DNA of 60,858 nucleotides, filler included, from Sphacelaria rigidula (Eukaryota): the NCBI GenBank assembly GCA_964200075.2. It is 9 parts of 9 records of this genome, joined end to end, with 100 filler letters (N's around TTAATTAATTAA, not from the genome) between each part and the next. Parts side by side here need not be neighbours in the genome. Positions count along the whole stretch, not along the records: positions 47,415 to 54,086 come from CAXNAA020018712.1; positions 54,187 to 60,858 come from CAXNAA020018713.1; 7 more parts are not named here. One strand, written 5' to 3'. Numbering within the stretch: position 1 is the stretch's first letter; every line of letters starts with the position of its first letter. The notes under the pieces are model-generated. The model was not told the origin of the DNA. It made no database searches and was given only the letters and a program-made list of their open reading frames with translations. The translations under genes were made by a program, and so were the position numbers. Shown here in pieces: positions 50,361 through 60,858 of this stretch.

Positions 50361-50744
50361 GCAAGTTTTTGCCGACAAGATGTACACACAGCATACGCAA
50401 CTACTGCAGTGCATCCATCCCTGTGCTCAACTCCTGTTCAATGCTGCAGGGTTGCGACCGTAGCCAACGATGAGTGGTGTGTATTAGTTTGCATGATCAT
50501 GTGGACGGATGGTATGTGGCGTGGTACTCTGTAAGCTAGGGATCCAGCGCCTCTTCGTGCCTTTCCCCCGCATTTTTGTTAGAAAATGTTGGCTTTACTA
50601 TTTTTCACTTCTTCTCCGCTCGCCACTAAGGCAGTGTCTCGGCATATCATATTTTGATCGAAACGTGCAATGGAAAACAGAAACTCCGATGAAATAGGTC
50701 GTAATTTGAACCAGCTTCAAAATAAACCACGACAGCTGAACAGC

Positions 50745-50822
50745 AGGAACGGTATTGGAAGGACAAGCCTACATATGTGACCACGGGTTCGAGAGATCGG
50801 ACAAATGTGCGGAAACAATAGT
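50745..50822 (+). mobile_element. 3' tail fragment of non-LTR retroelement family
   Basis: GGAACGGTATTGGAAGG...TGTGACCACGGGTTCGAGAGATCGG. Confidence 0.55.
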
Positions 50823-51274
50823 TTGATACAAAATCGGTGACATCACGTCCTATCAAATCAGAGTCTTCCTTTTCCACAGTACATTTCCCATATAAAAATT
50901 ATGTGCGAAGGCACGCCGTAATGATAAAACAATCGTTGATGCCAACTAGGAGGAGAATCCGGTGGACACATGCAATGACAATTTTTTCTTCCACCACACT
51001 TTTTCCAGCGACAAAAACATACACGAAGATATGTCATCCATGGGAGGGTGTTGACGTCAAAACATGATGTGTTACTGCTGGTACACACCCTCCGCCTTTG
51101 CGCATTCGACGCCAACCCGCGGCGGGCAGGAATCGCTGAATCAAACCTGATTGGCCCCTCTGTACCTCTCCATACATGAGGCTCGTTCCCCAGTTGAGAC
51201 GAACGCCTATTCCGTGGCAACAGAAAAAGTGAACGCCGTTCGCGTCGCGGTGTTCACTGAGCGCGAAAGGAACA

Positions 51275-51400
51275 GGTACGGTAGGTACTGGTATCTTGAA
51301 ATAACGTGGTATCGTGGGTATCGTAGGTATGACACTTGAAAATGCCCGATTGGGTCGGTATCGGTAGGGTATAAGATGTCCAAAATACCGGTACGGGGTA
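51275..51400 (+). repeat. Copy of the ~75-bp GGTACGGTAGGT...GTATCGTAGGTATGA...GAAAAT.CCCGATT unit
   Basis: Matches the array at 52300-52745. Confidence 0.7.
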
Positions 51401-52299
51401 CCTGCCTTGCCCTCTATACCGATTTTAAAACCGTCATCCGGCAGTGCGGAGAAGCGTTTGAGATCCCTGTGCAAGTTCGGCGATCAAATTATTGATGTGC
51501 TCAAGGCGGGCAGCCCCACCCCTACACGCGCACAACGCACAACGCTAACCTGCAGGCCTCAAAGCACACAGAACCCCATCATGATCCTCAGCTGGATTGT
51601 TGCAATCAGCTGACAGGGTGAGACACCCAATCCATGGATCGATCATGAGTTCTGCGTGGTGATTTTCGTGGTTGTTGACGTGGTTGCAGGGACGAGAGCA
51701 CTCTGAGGATAGAGCAGTAGTGAGTGCAAATTTGAAATTCAATATTCAGATTTTCATTCCGAAGGGGTAGCGCTGTTATTTGTGGCACGAAGGTCTTGCA
51801 CTTGTACTTAAGGGGAGGTACAGTAGTACGCAAGGGCAGAGTTTGCCTCTCCATGTGGTTGTGTAGAGCACCCGGCAATGGTGCAGTAATAACGGGATAT
51901 GTATATATATATATATATGTAAGGTTATTCATTTGGTAATTTGGCACCTTGTTATCTAGTTTGTATGCCTCCCGCGACCCCTCACGTTTTCTTCGTTCTT
52001 GTCCTCCTTCTCGTTTTTTCTCTCTGCTTGTTTGCACGCGGAATATTATCGTGTATGATGCTCATCTTCATGAATTATGAAACAATGTACAGCACCGTAA
52101 CGATGAAGAAATGTTTATATCCATTTACCCAGAACATCAGTATACATAATAATAAGTTCATCGAATTGATCCGAACACAAAAATCAGGGGGAATCTGGGT
52201 GTATATTACTTGTGAAAACAAGACGTACCTGTTCTGACAACTTCTAGCCTTTGCGTAAGTTGGGACCAGCTGCTGCACCGGGGGGTCGCATCGCGTCCG

Positions 52300-52745
52300 G
52301 TATTTACCGGGGTGTTGAATACCGTGGTTTGCATGGGTATCGTAGGTATGAGTTTTGAAAATATCCAATTGAACGGGTACGGTACGTATTGGAATATCGA
52401 AATATCGTGGTATCGTAGGTATGAGTTTGGAAAATACCTGATTGAGCGGGTACGGTAGGTGTTGAATTAGCGCAATACCGTACTATCATGTATATCGCAG
52501 GTATAAGTTTTGAAAATACCCGATTCAGCGGGCACAGTGGGTAATGAAATCTCGGAATACGGTGATATCGCAGGTATCGTAGGTACGAATTTTGAAAAAA
52601 AACGATTGGGCGAGTACGTTAGGCAAGTAATAAACCCTCGAGACACCGTGGTATCGTGAGTATCGTAGGTATGACATTCGAAAAAACCGATCGAGCGGGT
52701 ACGGTAGGTATTGACATCTCGAAATACCGGTGAATCGGGTACTAA
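52300..52745 (+). repeat. Degenerate ~75-85-bp tandem array, ~5-6 units
   Basis: Recurring GTATCGTAGGTATGAGTTTTGAAAATACCCGATTGAGCGGGTACGGTAGGT. Confidence 0.85.
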
Positions 52746-53345
52746 AATATTAGTTACCTTTCCGAAGGTGCCTGTACAGTCTGTGCTGTCATCACATACA
52801 TGAAAACCGGAGCATCGATAGCTGCCCGTAACTAGAGCGTGACTGTAGGCGCCGCACGTGTATGTAGTGTGTTGTGTGCGCTTTTTTTTAAAGCAGCAGG
52901 TCGCCGACGTCGCACATCGCACACTCGCGAGTACCTGTGAAATAGGCCGCATGGCACACCTCCCTACGATACCTGCCAGGCTTGACGTGGTGACGGCCCC
53001 TGTACTGTTGTGCAGTATGTGCACAGACAGTACAGGACGAAAAACAACTTCACACTACTCCCATACTGTGTATTTAATATATATTGAAGTATATGCAGAG
53101 AGTGAGTATTTGCTGAACACGGGCCGGTTTGATGCGATAGCGCCTCCTTATGTAAAGCAAGTGCGGTACCTCTCAATAACACCGCCGTCACGCAACGGTA
53201 GAGTGCTACATATTACTTACTGCACCGTGTGCCAAAACGGACCTAAGCTCTAAGCGTGATTGGGTTCGATGGCAACGACACCTCGCTAAGCAGAGTAGGT
53301 AACACACGGCCTCATCATGCACAGATACACCAGAGGCTTGTCCTC

Positions 53346-53685
53346 ACCTGATTGCGGTATTCCTTGCAAACGTCGAACCCCACTTAGCCACCACGCCTCC
53401 CAGCACAGATCAACATGAGCCGCGGCCGCCTCTATGAGCGCGTCACCCTTCACACTAGCGTCCAGCCCCGAGGTTGACCCCATTGTGTATTCGCCGCCTC
53501 GCCCAGACAGCTGTTGCAGCCTCGTGAGCGAACTCTCGAAGATGGTGTCGGAAGTGTGCGCAAACCTTCAACGATTCATCCGCAATAACGGTCGCATCTC
53601 CATCAATGTGAGCGTCAGCCGCAATGTGCTCTGGATACTCGTGGTGGGGGCTCGCGTGTTGCGCCGTTAGTTTCATGTCAGGTGC
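53346..53685 (-). pseudogene. Exon-like, protein-like segment of unknown identity, probably frameshifted
   Basis: HEYPEHIAADAHIDGDATVIADESLKVCAHFRHHLREFAHEAA and GDALIEAAAAHVDLCWEAWWLSG lie in different frames between ataccag| and CAG|gtgagg. Confidence 0.25.
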
Positions 53686-55659
53686 TGGTATGTAGCTAGG
53701 ACGACGCAGCTGAGGGTGTACTGAACAACAACAGTACAGGCAGTGCAGTGCACTCTATCACAGAAGCAACAAAGACACACTTTCATAAATTGATATCTAT
53801 GGTTGGATAATCATTTATAAAAATGAGATTTCATGCTCGACAGCGGGATAGTCTTACAGAGTCTTAGCGTAACGGAACAAAAGTGCTCATTTTGACGACC
53901 GTGATTGGTCAGAATGGTCATCCCGCGCCTCTCGGGCCTCGCGCACGGCTCATAATTTTCCGCGGGAAACTTCCAAATACACATGGTTGAGTGCGTAAGC
54001 TGCTCTGCTGCTCTGCGGAGAGACACCCCCCCCCATCAAAAACCACCCCCCCCCCGAGCTCTGGAAACCCCCGGATGTCTCGGGACNNNNNNNNNNNNNN
54101 NNNNNNNNNNNNNNNNNNNNNNNNNNNNNNTTAATTAATTAANNNNNNNNNNNNNNNNNNNNNNNNNNNNNNNNNNNNNNNNNNNNCTGAATAGATCTAG
54201 TGTGTGCGCGGGGGGCTGTCAAGTGCCATAGGCCGGTTTGCTCCCTGTCTCGAGAACTGCGCGAAGAAAATATTACAGCTGTCGCATACTAAACGTAGGA
54301 AACTCGGGATGGAGCGTGTGTTATGCTCGGCACAGGTTCGGCACAGGTGCGAACAGTCCATGACGTCTTCAATACGTCTTCAATATCCCTCCGCGTTCGT
54401 ATTTTTTTTAGTTGACCACGGATTTTCGGTCGGTAAGGCCTTCATCCACCCCCATAACTGTTCACGAGTGTACACGTACCGTTTGACGAACTTCACTTGT
54501 TTTGTCCGATCAAAAGCTTGAAAAATCGCTGGAATCTAACTCGAGAAGAACGCGATTTTCGCGAAAATCAATTCCACCGCCCAATTTTTTCCACCGAATA
54601 AAAACGTGCTAAATACCTGCCTTCAGACGGACTCTAACAGGAGCCGTACAGATTTTGTTCTTTAACAATTTTGAACGGGTGGTCACAAAGAAAAAGACAC
54701 TTGTGGATCAAAATCGCCTAGATTTGGACCCCCGAAATTCTGAACGGACCCAAAAAATTGCTGAATTCCGGCCCAGCGCTCAGAATTGGGGAACGATTCT
54801 AAACGCTCGATAACCTGATGAGAAATTGTCACAAGAAATAAAATCAGACATGTTATGTTCTACTGTACTGGCTCTCTCGTGCATGTGCTGCACCTGTCAC
54901 TGCACAACCGTGTGTTCAGACCATGCCAAAACTGTCTGGTCTGCTGGAGTAACCTGAGCTGCTGTACTGCTATTTTGTTACAAACAACTGCTGTCGGCAG
55001 GCAAGTGCTGTCTTGTTGAAGTTTAAAAGGTTCTTCAGTTTGTATTTGTTGCATGTTTCGCAACGAACAAGGTCCTCGGTGCGCAGGGCCAGCAATCCTG
55101 TCCTGTAGCTGATAGGTAGTGCGGTTCCCTGCAAAGACGATTCGATCTGCACTGAGATTACCTGAACTGCTGTAGTACTGTTGTGTCCCTGTCAGTGCAC
55201 AAGTCTAGACACTGCCGGAGGCGCCATCATGTGTTGGACGCGTTGGGTCGTTTGTAAAACCAACGATGTAATTTGTGCCCACATCCATCATTTCCATCTT
55301 GTAGTTAAACTGGTGTCATTGCACTTAATGTTGCAGTGCGTTCGAATTCTACGAAAACGGTTTGATCTAAGCTGGGAATTGCCTCAGATGCTGAATCGCC
55401 GATGGTACGGTCTGTACTACAGATGGGCGGGAACAAAATGCTGTTGACACAAGTTGGAAAAGTCACGTGATGGCTGAGCAGTCGTGATGTCTTCTTGGGG
55501 TGTGACAATTCCGAATATACAAACTCAAGAGAAGCAGGTGAACCAGTTGCGGTTCATCGTGAAAACAAAGAGGGTGGTAGTCACGGAAAAAGTGGGACAG
55601 TCATCCTAGAATAATGAGTAGCTCATGTACTGTACAGGTCGTGTACCGAAAGTCGACAT

Positions 55660-56697
55660 ATCAGAGAGATTCGGAAACACTTTTTTGCATCATAGAGTCA
55701 AAGTGGGAGGAAAAATAACCGGTAACGGTGCACTCCCCGCTGTGAAGTGCTTTTTAAAACGATTATTTCGAAGTCAGAGAGTCGTTTGCACCTCTTAACT
55801 CTGAAAACCGTTGAGCCTATTCATTATTCATAGAGGAGCGCAGAAGAACGCCCACCTTCACCACCATGCTCACTGGGACATCCGTCACAACTGTCGTGCT
55901 CGTCACAATGGACCATGCACGAAGTAGAAACGCTTTGCATCGCCATCAGAAAACCTTCTTGACGCTGCCACGGTATCAGCATTCGCTTGGTTGCCATGAG
56001 TGAAAATTCAAATGCTCGGCGGATACACGCCGTTGCCTTGGGTGCAGTTCCTCATTTTTGTCAGTTTCAGCTAGAAGAAGACACTGTCAAAGATCCGTGG
56101 TCTACAACAACACACAAGCAGTACTACACCTGGCTACATCGCCATTCCGTTTGAGGTCATGACTTCTTGCGCCACGGTCATGGGTGACATTTTGGGAAAT
56201 ATTCACGATGCGGCCTTGTCTGTTGTTTGAAAGTGCTCCGTACTGTGGCAATGTACTACTGTACGAGTGACTGTGCGGTGTCGCTGTCGTTTACCGTACC
56301 GCAATATACTTTTGTAGGGTTCTGCATTGCACTCTCTGTACTGCACTGGCTGTACTCCGCACTGCACAGCACTGCAGCACTACAGTACCCTGTGGTACGC
56401 CGTGGTGGATTGAAGTACTACAGGTGCAATGGTGCGTAGTGTAGGGTGCGTACGGTGCCGCAGGGTTCAGTACAGTCAATGCTGTGTCGACCTGTGCACT
56501 TTCGTACTCCACGCTGGTCGATGGTCGATCGCACATTCGGCGGCACAACCTGCGATCAATCACTGCGTAGTAAAGGACTCAACATCAAGCCACGTCTCAT
56601 CAGCTTCCGCTATGAACTTTTCAACGTCCGCTGGGAGTTTCAGCGCCTCCACTATGCGCTCTCACTCCATGATAAAAAAATCATTTTCCGAAACTCC
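55660..56697. repeat. Left arm of ~1.05-kb inverted repeat (partner 59452-60510)
   Basis: Continuous reverse-complement similarity, e.g. AAATGCTCGGCGGATACACGCCGTTGCCTTGGGTGC vs GCACCCAAGGCAACGGCGTGTATCCGCCGAGCATTT. Confidence 0.93.
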
Positions 56698-57627
56698 TTC
56701 GTCAGAATAGTGACGAGTTGAGTACGAGCTGTGCCAGCCCCAAAACGGATTTAAGCTCTCGAAGCAATATCCCACCGACACGGACGAGTTGGGACGCGAT
56801 CCGCATATCGTTTTATCGTCTCATTAGGGGAAAGGTGCCCATTTGCTCAAAACTCTGGGCCAATATTTTTCGTTGATTGGACCCTGCCTAGGAATTCCCA
56901 TACCGTACGGACATAGCGTCCACACTAAAATCTGTACAAAACGCGGAAATATACACTCAGCGGGTGATGAGTTCTAGTGTGGACCTTCTCTGGAGCACGG
57001 GGAGACGGTAGGTACCCTCACCCTCACCTAACTCCTTATTTATCTCAAGATATGGCGCACATAAGCTTTCATACAAGAATCAAATAATTACGAGCAGATG
57101 CACTAGATGCCTTAAATCTGGATATCGCGACTCAGTTTATGACAGCTGTGCTATGAAATTTCGTATAGAGAACCGCTAGTGCATAATAAAACAAACTAAA
57201 TAGCTCGACGTTTTTCGTTCTTCTTCATATTCCCCAATGTTTTTCGTGTTTTGTAGCGGAGTTTTGAGGAGAAATGGACATTGATTGCTCCTAGGCCTCA
57301 TCTCAATTTTTTGGCTCAACCTTTAGAATTGTGATCTGAAGCTTAGCATGGAGAACCACGGAGGTGCGCCGTTTGAAAAAAAATGGGCCTTAATTTTTTT
57401 TCTCAAGGAGGTTAGGGCGTTCTCGTGAATAAAATGTACTTTCCGCACTAGAACGCTCTAAACATGTGAAAAAATATTTAAAAAAACAACCTGAACCATC
57501 GACTTTTGGTTACTATCCCCTAGCGCAAGCCTACACAATTTTTTCATGCACAAAAACCAAACGTGGGCCGGTGAGTGGCCTGCGAAATGCGGTTCCGAAT
57601 TTCTACCGACCTGTTTTTGGAAAGGTG

Positions 57628-57883
57628 AATGCGCCGGCCAATGTTTTGAGTTGGAGCGTAAAATTTGGTATGGACAATGCATCGGGCATGGAAAGAAAAA
57701 AAACGGAAGCACAAAAAGTTTGTTTTCTATGAGTCAAGGGCAATCATCAGTTCTCAGGTATCAGTGAAATGCCCTCAACTCATTAAAAAGAAAAAATGTT
57801 TCTTTAGTATCATATTTTTCAATGCCCTATGCATTGTCTATACCAAATGTTATGCTCCAACTCTAAATATTGGCCGGCGCATT
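57628..57883. mobile_element. Hairpin/MITE-like element with ~68-bp inverted repeats
   Basis: AATGCGCCGGCCAATGTTTTGAGTTGGAGCGTAAAATTTGGTATGGACAATGCAT vs ATGCATTGTCTATACCAAATGTTATGCTCCAACTCTAAATATTGGCCGGCGCATT. Confidence 0.75.
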
Positions 57884-58877
57884 GGCCTGCAACCTTCAAA
57901 TCCCCCTTCAGGCTGGTCCAGCTCGTACGAAGAGACGAAGGGATCAACAGTTTGGATAAACCGCTCTATAGTATCCAAGAGAGACTGATTTTGCCCAACG
58001 CCATCACTTTCCAAAGCGACCCACCTCGAGTAAGTCTACCCGCTCGTCATCAGTTTTCAACAGAGAAGAGGCTGATTATATTTAATGAGAATTCGGCCGA
58101 GTGAAGCGCCAAGTTCAAACTAACTTTCTTTTATTGCACAAGCAAGTGTTTAGCCAACACTGTGCAGCCTCTGCGAGCTCTCTTGTCAGAGCTGGGTTCA
58201 CCCGTTGAACCAGTTGTTCCTGTCACGTTGACACTCGAACACTAACAACGTTTTCGTGAGATTGGGAGTAGAGCGCGGATTGAGGGTGGCTTCGATCATT
58301 CGCATTAACTTACGCATTTTTTCATCACGTGTGTACTTTTCTTTGCCTCCATCACTGCCGTGTGCTTACAGCTACACGTCGATACCCTACTCAGGGATCA
58401 AGGGCCTCATTGGCAAGCTAACCCTAAACGATCCATTCACTGATTGGCCGTTTTTCACTCTCAATCGTACCCTTTACTCCCACCCTCACGAAAACAGTGT
58501 TCGCTGTGTTTTTTGTACACAAGGCACGACAGTCATATATATATTTCAACACGTGAGAGACTCACCACGTTTACAGGTCTGAACATCAATATTTGATTGC
58601 AGCAATAGGTTTTGAGTTTTGTTGTGTGACTACAGTACAACACCGTAGCCTTCAGCACCAGCAAAGCTCCATCGAGGACGTCAAACTGCAGCAAGAAAGG
58701 AGCGTGATTGTCCCACCTACCAGCGAGGATATCAGGAGAAGAATTGAGGTGTGGATAAATTAGATCCGTCACGGAGACGACGAAGAAAATTGGGGTCAAG
58801 AAACATTGAGGTGTGAATAGAAGTGACACAGGTTGTAACGGACATGTTGATCTGGAGAGCCATCCGTTACTGAAGTC

Positions 58878-59455
58878 ATGAGGAGCCTATGGAAGTTTAA
58901 CGGGACAAATTTCCTCGAGTGCAACAGTTTCACCACACATTTGGGAGTTTCAGGAATTATTTACGGCAGAAATCGTCCCGAAGAAATTCATGAGCTTCGG
59001 CAGCGACAGGATGTAGAAATACCAGAACCCGTTCAAGCGAAGGTGTCGCATTTGAATGAGACGGTTGGATAACTGAACCATGTCACAGGGTGAAGACCCA
59101 GACATCTTTCTCATCATGCAAGCTTAACAAAATTCCCAGATGAAATCACTCGCATGAGGGAAACAGCAACGGAAGAGCGTTCAACAAATGTAGTCATAGA
59201 ACGACTAACTAACTGATGTTTACATATAAATCAAGTATAACGCTGAAGAACGCGATCATGATTTTAGTTTGAAAGTCATTGAGTCAACGATGTGCAATAT
59301 TCACGTCAACCGAATAACGCGTGGTGTTTCGAATGAAACGTCACATGGTGAAGATAGTGCTATGATTGCAGCATCGCCTGTAGAATATTTTGGGGGGAAA
59401 ACAAGACACCGAGTGAGGTGTTTCACTTGCCGTAAGATACACCACAATAGAGATT
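58878..59455 (+). mobile_element. Decayed Ty1/copia gag with zinc-knuckle remnant, truncated by the right repeat arm
   Basis: KFNGTNFLE...MSQGEDPDIFL...DEITRMRETATEER...IKYNAE.DHDFSLKVIESTMCNIHVNR...RCFTCRKIHHNRD. Confidence 0.75.
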
Positions 59456-60510
59456 CGGAAGATGTTTTTTCTTATCACGGAGTGAGAGTGCAGAGTGGGA
59501 GCGTTGAAACTTCAGAGTGACCGTTGAAAAGTTCATAGCGGAAGCTGATGCGACGTGGCTTGATGTTGAGTTCTTTTCTACGCAGTGATTGATCGCAGGT
59601 TGTACCGCCGAATGTGCAATCGACCAGCGTGCAGTCCGAAAATGCACCGATCAGCACAGCATTGACTGTACTATACCCTACGGTACCGTCCATACCCTAC
59701 ACTACGCTTGATGGCACCTGTAGTACTTCAATCCACCACGGCGCACCATACGGCACTGTAGTGCTGTGCAGTGTAGAGTACAGCCAGTGCAGTACAGAGA
59801 GCAATGCATAACACTACAACAGTACAGTGCGGTACGGTGAACTACAGCGATACCGTACAGTCAGTCGTACAGTAGTACAGCACCGCAGTACGCAGCACTT
59901 ACAAACAACAGACAAGGCCGCATCGTAAATATTTCCCAAAGCGCCACCCGTAACGGTGGCGCAAAAATTCATGACCTCAAACGGAATGGCGATGTAGCCA
60001 GGTGTAGTACTGCTTGTGTAGTGTAGACTACGAATAGTTCACACCGTCTTCTTGCAGCTGAAGCTGGCGAGAGTACGGAGCCGCACCCAAGGCAACGGCG
60101 TGTATCCGCCGAGCATTTAAATGTTCACTCATGGCAACCAAGCGCCTGCTGATACCGTAGCAGCGTCAGGGAGGTTTTCTGATTGCGATGCGAGGCGTTT
60201 CTACTTCGTGCATGGTCCACTGTGACGAGCACGACAGTTGTGATGGATGTCCCACTTTTTGCTTGTTATTGTATATTCATTTTGAACTGGCTGTGATCAT
60301 GGTGGTGAAGGTGGGCGTCCTTCTTCGCTCCACTATGAGCAACGGAGTGAAACGACGGTTTTCAGAGCGAAGAGGTGCAAACGACACCCACGCTGAAAAA
60401 AACGCCAGAAAAAATACTCCATAGCATGGAGTGCAACGTTACCTGTTTTATTCCTTCCACTATGACTCTAAGATGGGGAAAAGCGTTTTCCGACACCCTT
60501 TACGTATGAT
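59452..60510. repeat. Right arm of ~1.05-kb inverted repeat
   Basis: Reverse complement of 55660-56697, with a ~40-bp insertion near 60254-60292. Confidence 0.93.
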
Positions 60511-60858
60511 ACCCACATTTATGGCAAACGAATCTCCATAATGTTTGGACCCCGATTTTGAAAAAATCGGGGGGACTTAAATTCGTGAACACAAAATCGG
60601 GGGGACTATTTTATGGCACAGACGGTAGACTATCACAGATTTGTGAAACGGTTCTGTACACAGACGATCATTTTTTGCATGAGTGTGGTACTGCGTTCTC
60701 TGCATGAAGCTGAAGAGCAGGCAGGCGGTACAATCAAACAATCCTACGAGTACATTGTCGTACCTTGATACCCTAGGGTAATACAGTGTAGGACACTTCA
60801 TCAGTACAGTACATGATAATATCTTGTGGTAGAACATGATGGCACAGTCGGTATTGCG

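Noticed and set aside
55190..55440. piggyBac-like Cys-rich C-terminal domain on the minus strand
   Set aside because: Requires assuming several mutated cysteines; no catalytic domain seen nearby.

Overview
Eukaryotic, repeat-rich DNA. The intron style, TTAGGG-type repeats and copia/gypsy/LINE relics suggest a stramenopile, probably a brown alga (inference). The window is not one locus. It is nine contigs of 6674-6672 bp in descending length order, joined by identical 100-bp N44-TTAATTAATTAA-N44 linkers, so neighbouring contigs are probably unlinked. Contents: decayed Ty1/copia gag/integrase relics (three), a chromodomain-bearing Ty3/gypsy integrase end, a LINE reverse-transcriptase fragment, many MITE/foldback and tandem repeats, two terminal exons of a WD40 gene, and a decayed multi-exon gene of unknown family partly duplicated as a ~1.3-kb inverted repeat. 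The most interesting item is an intact, intronless 524-aa Gag-like ORF with a CCCH zinc finger (38464-40038). Its single UGA is followed by a 7-nt G-rich spacer, a 9-bp hairpin and >160 more in-frame codons ending in 27-bp repeats, making it a candidate programmed stop-codon readthrough signal. No rRNA, tRNA or CRISPR array was recognised.
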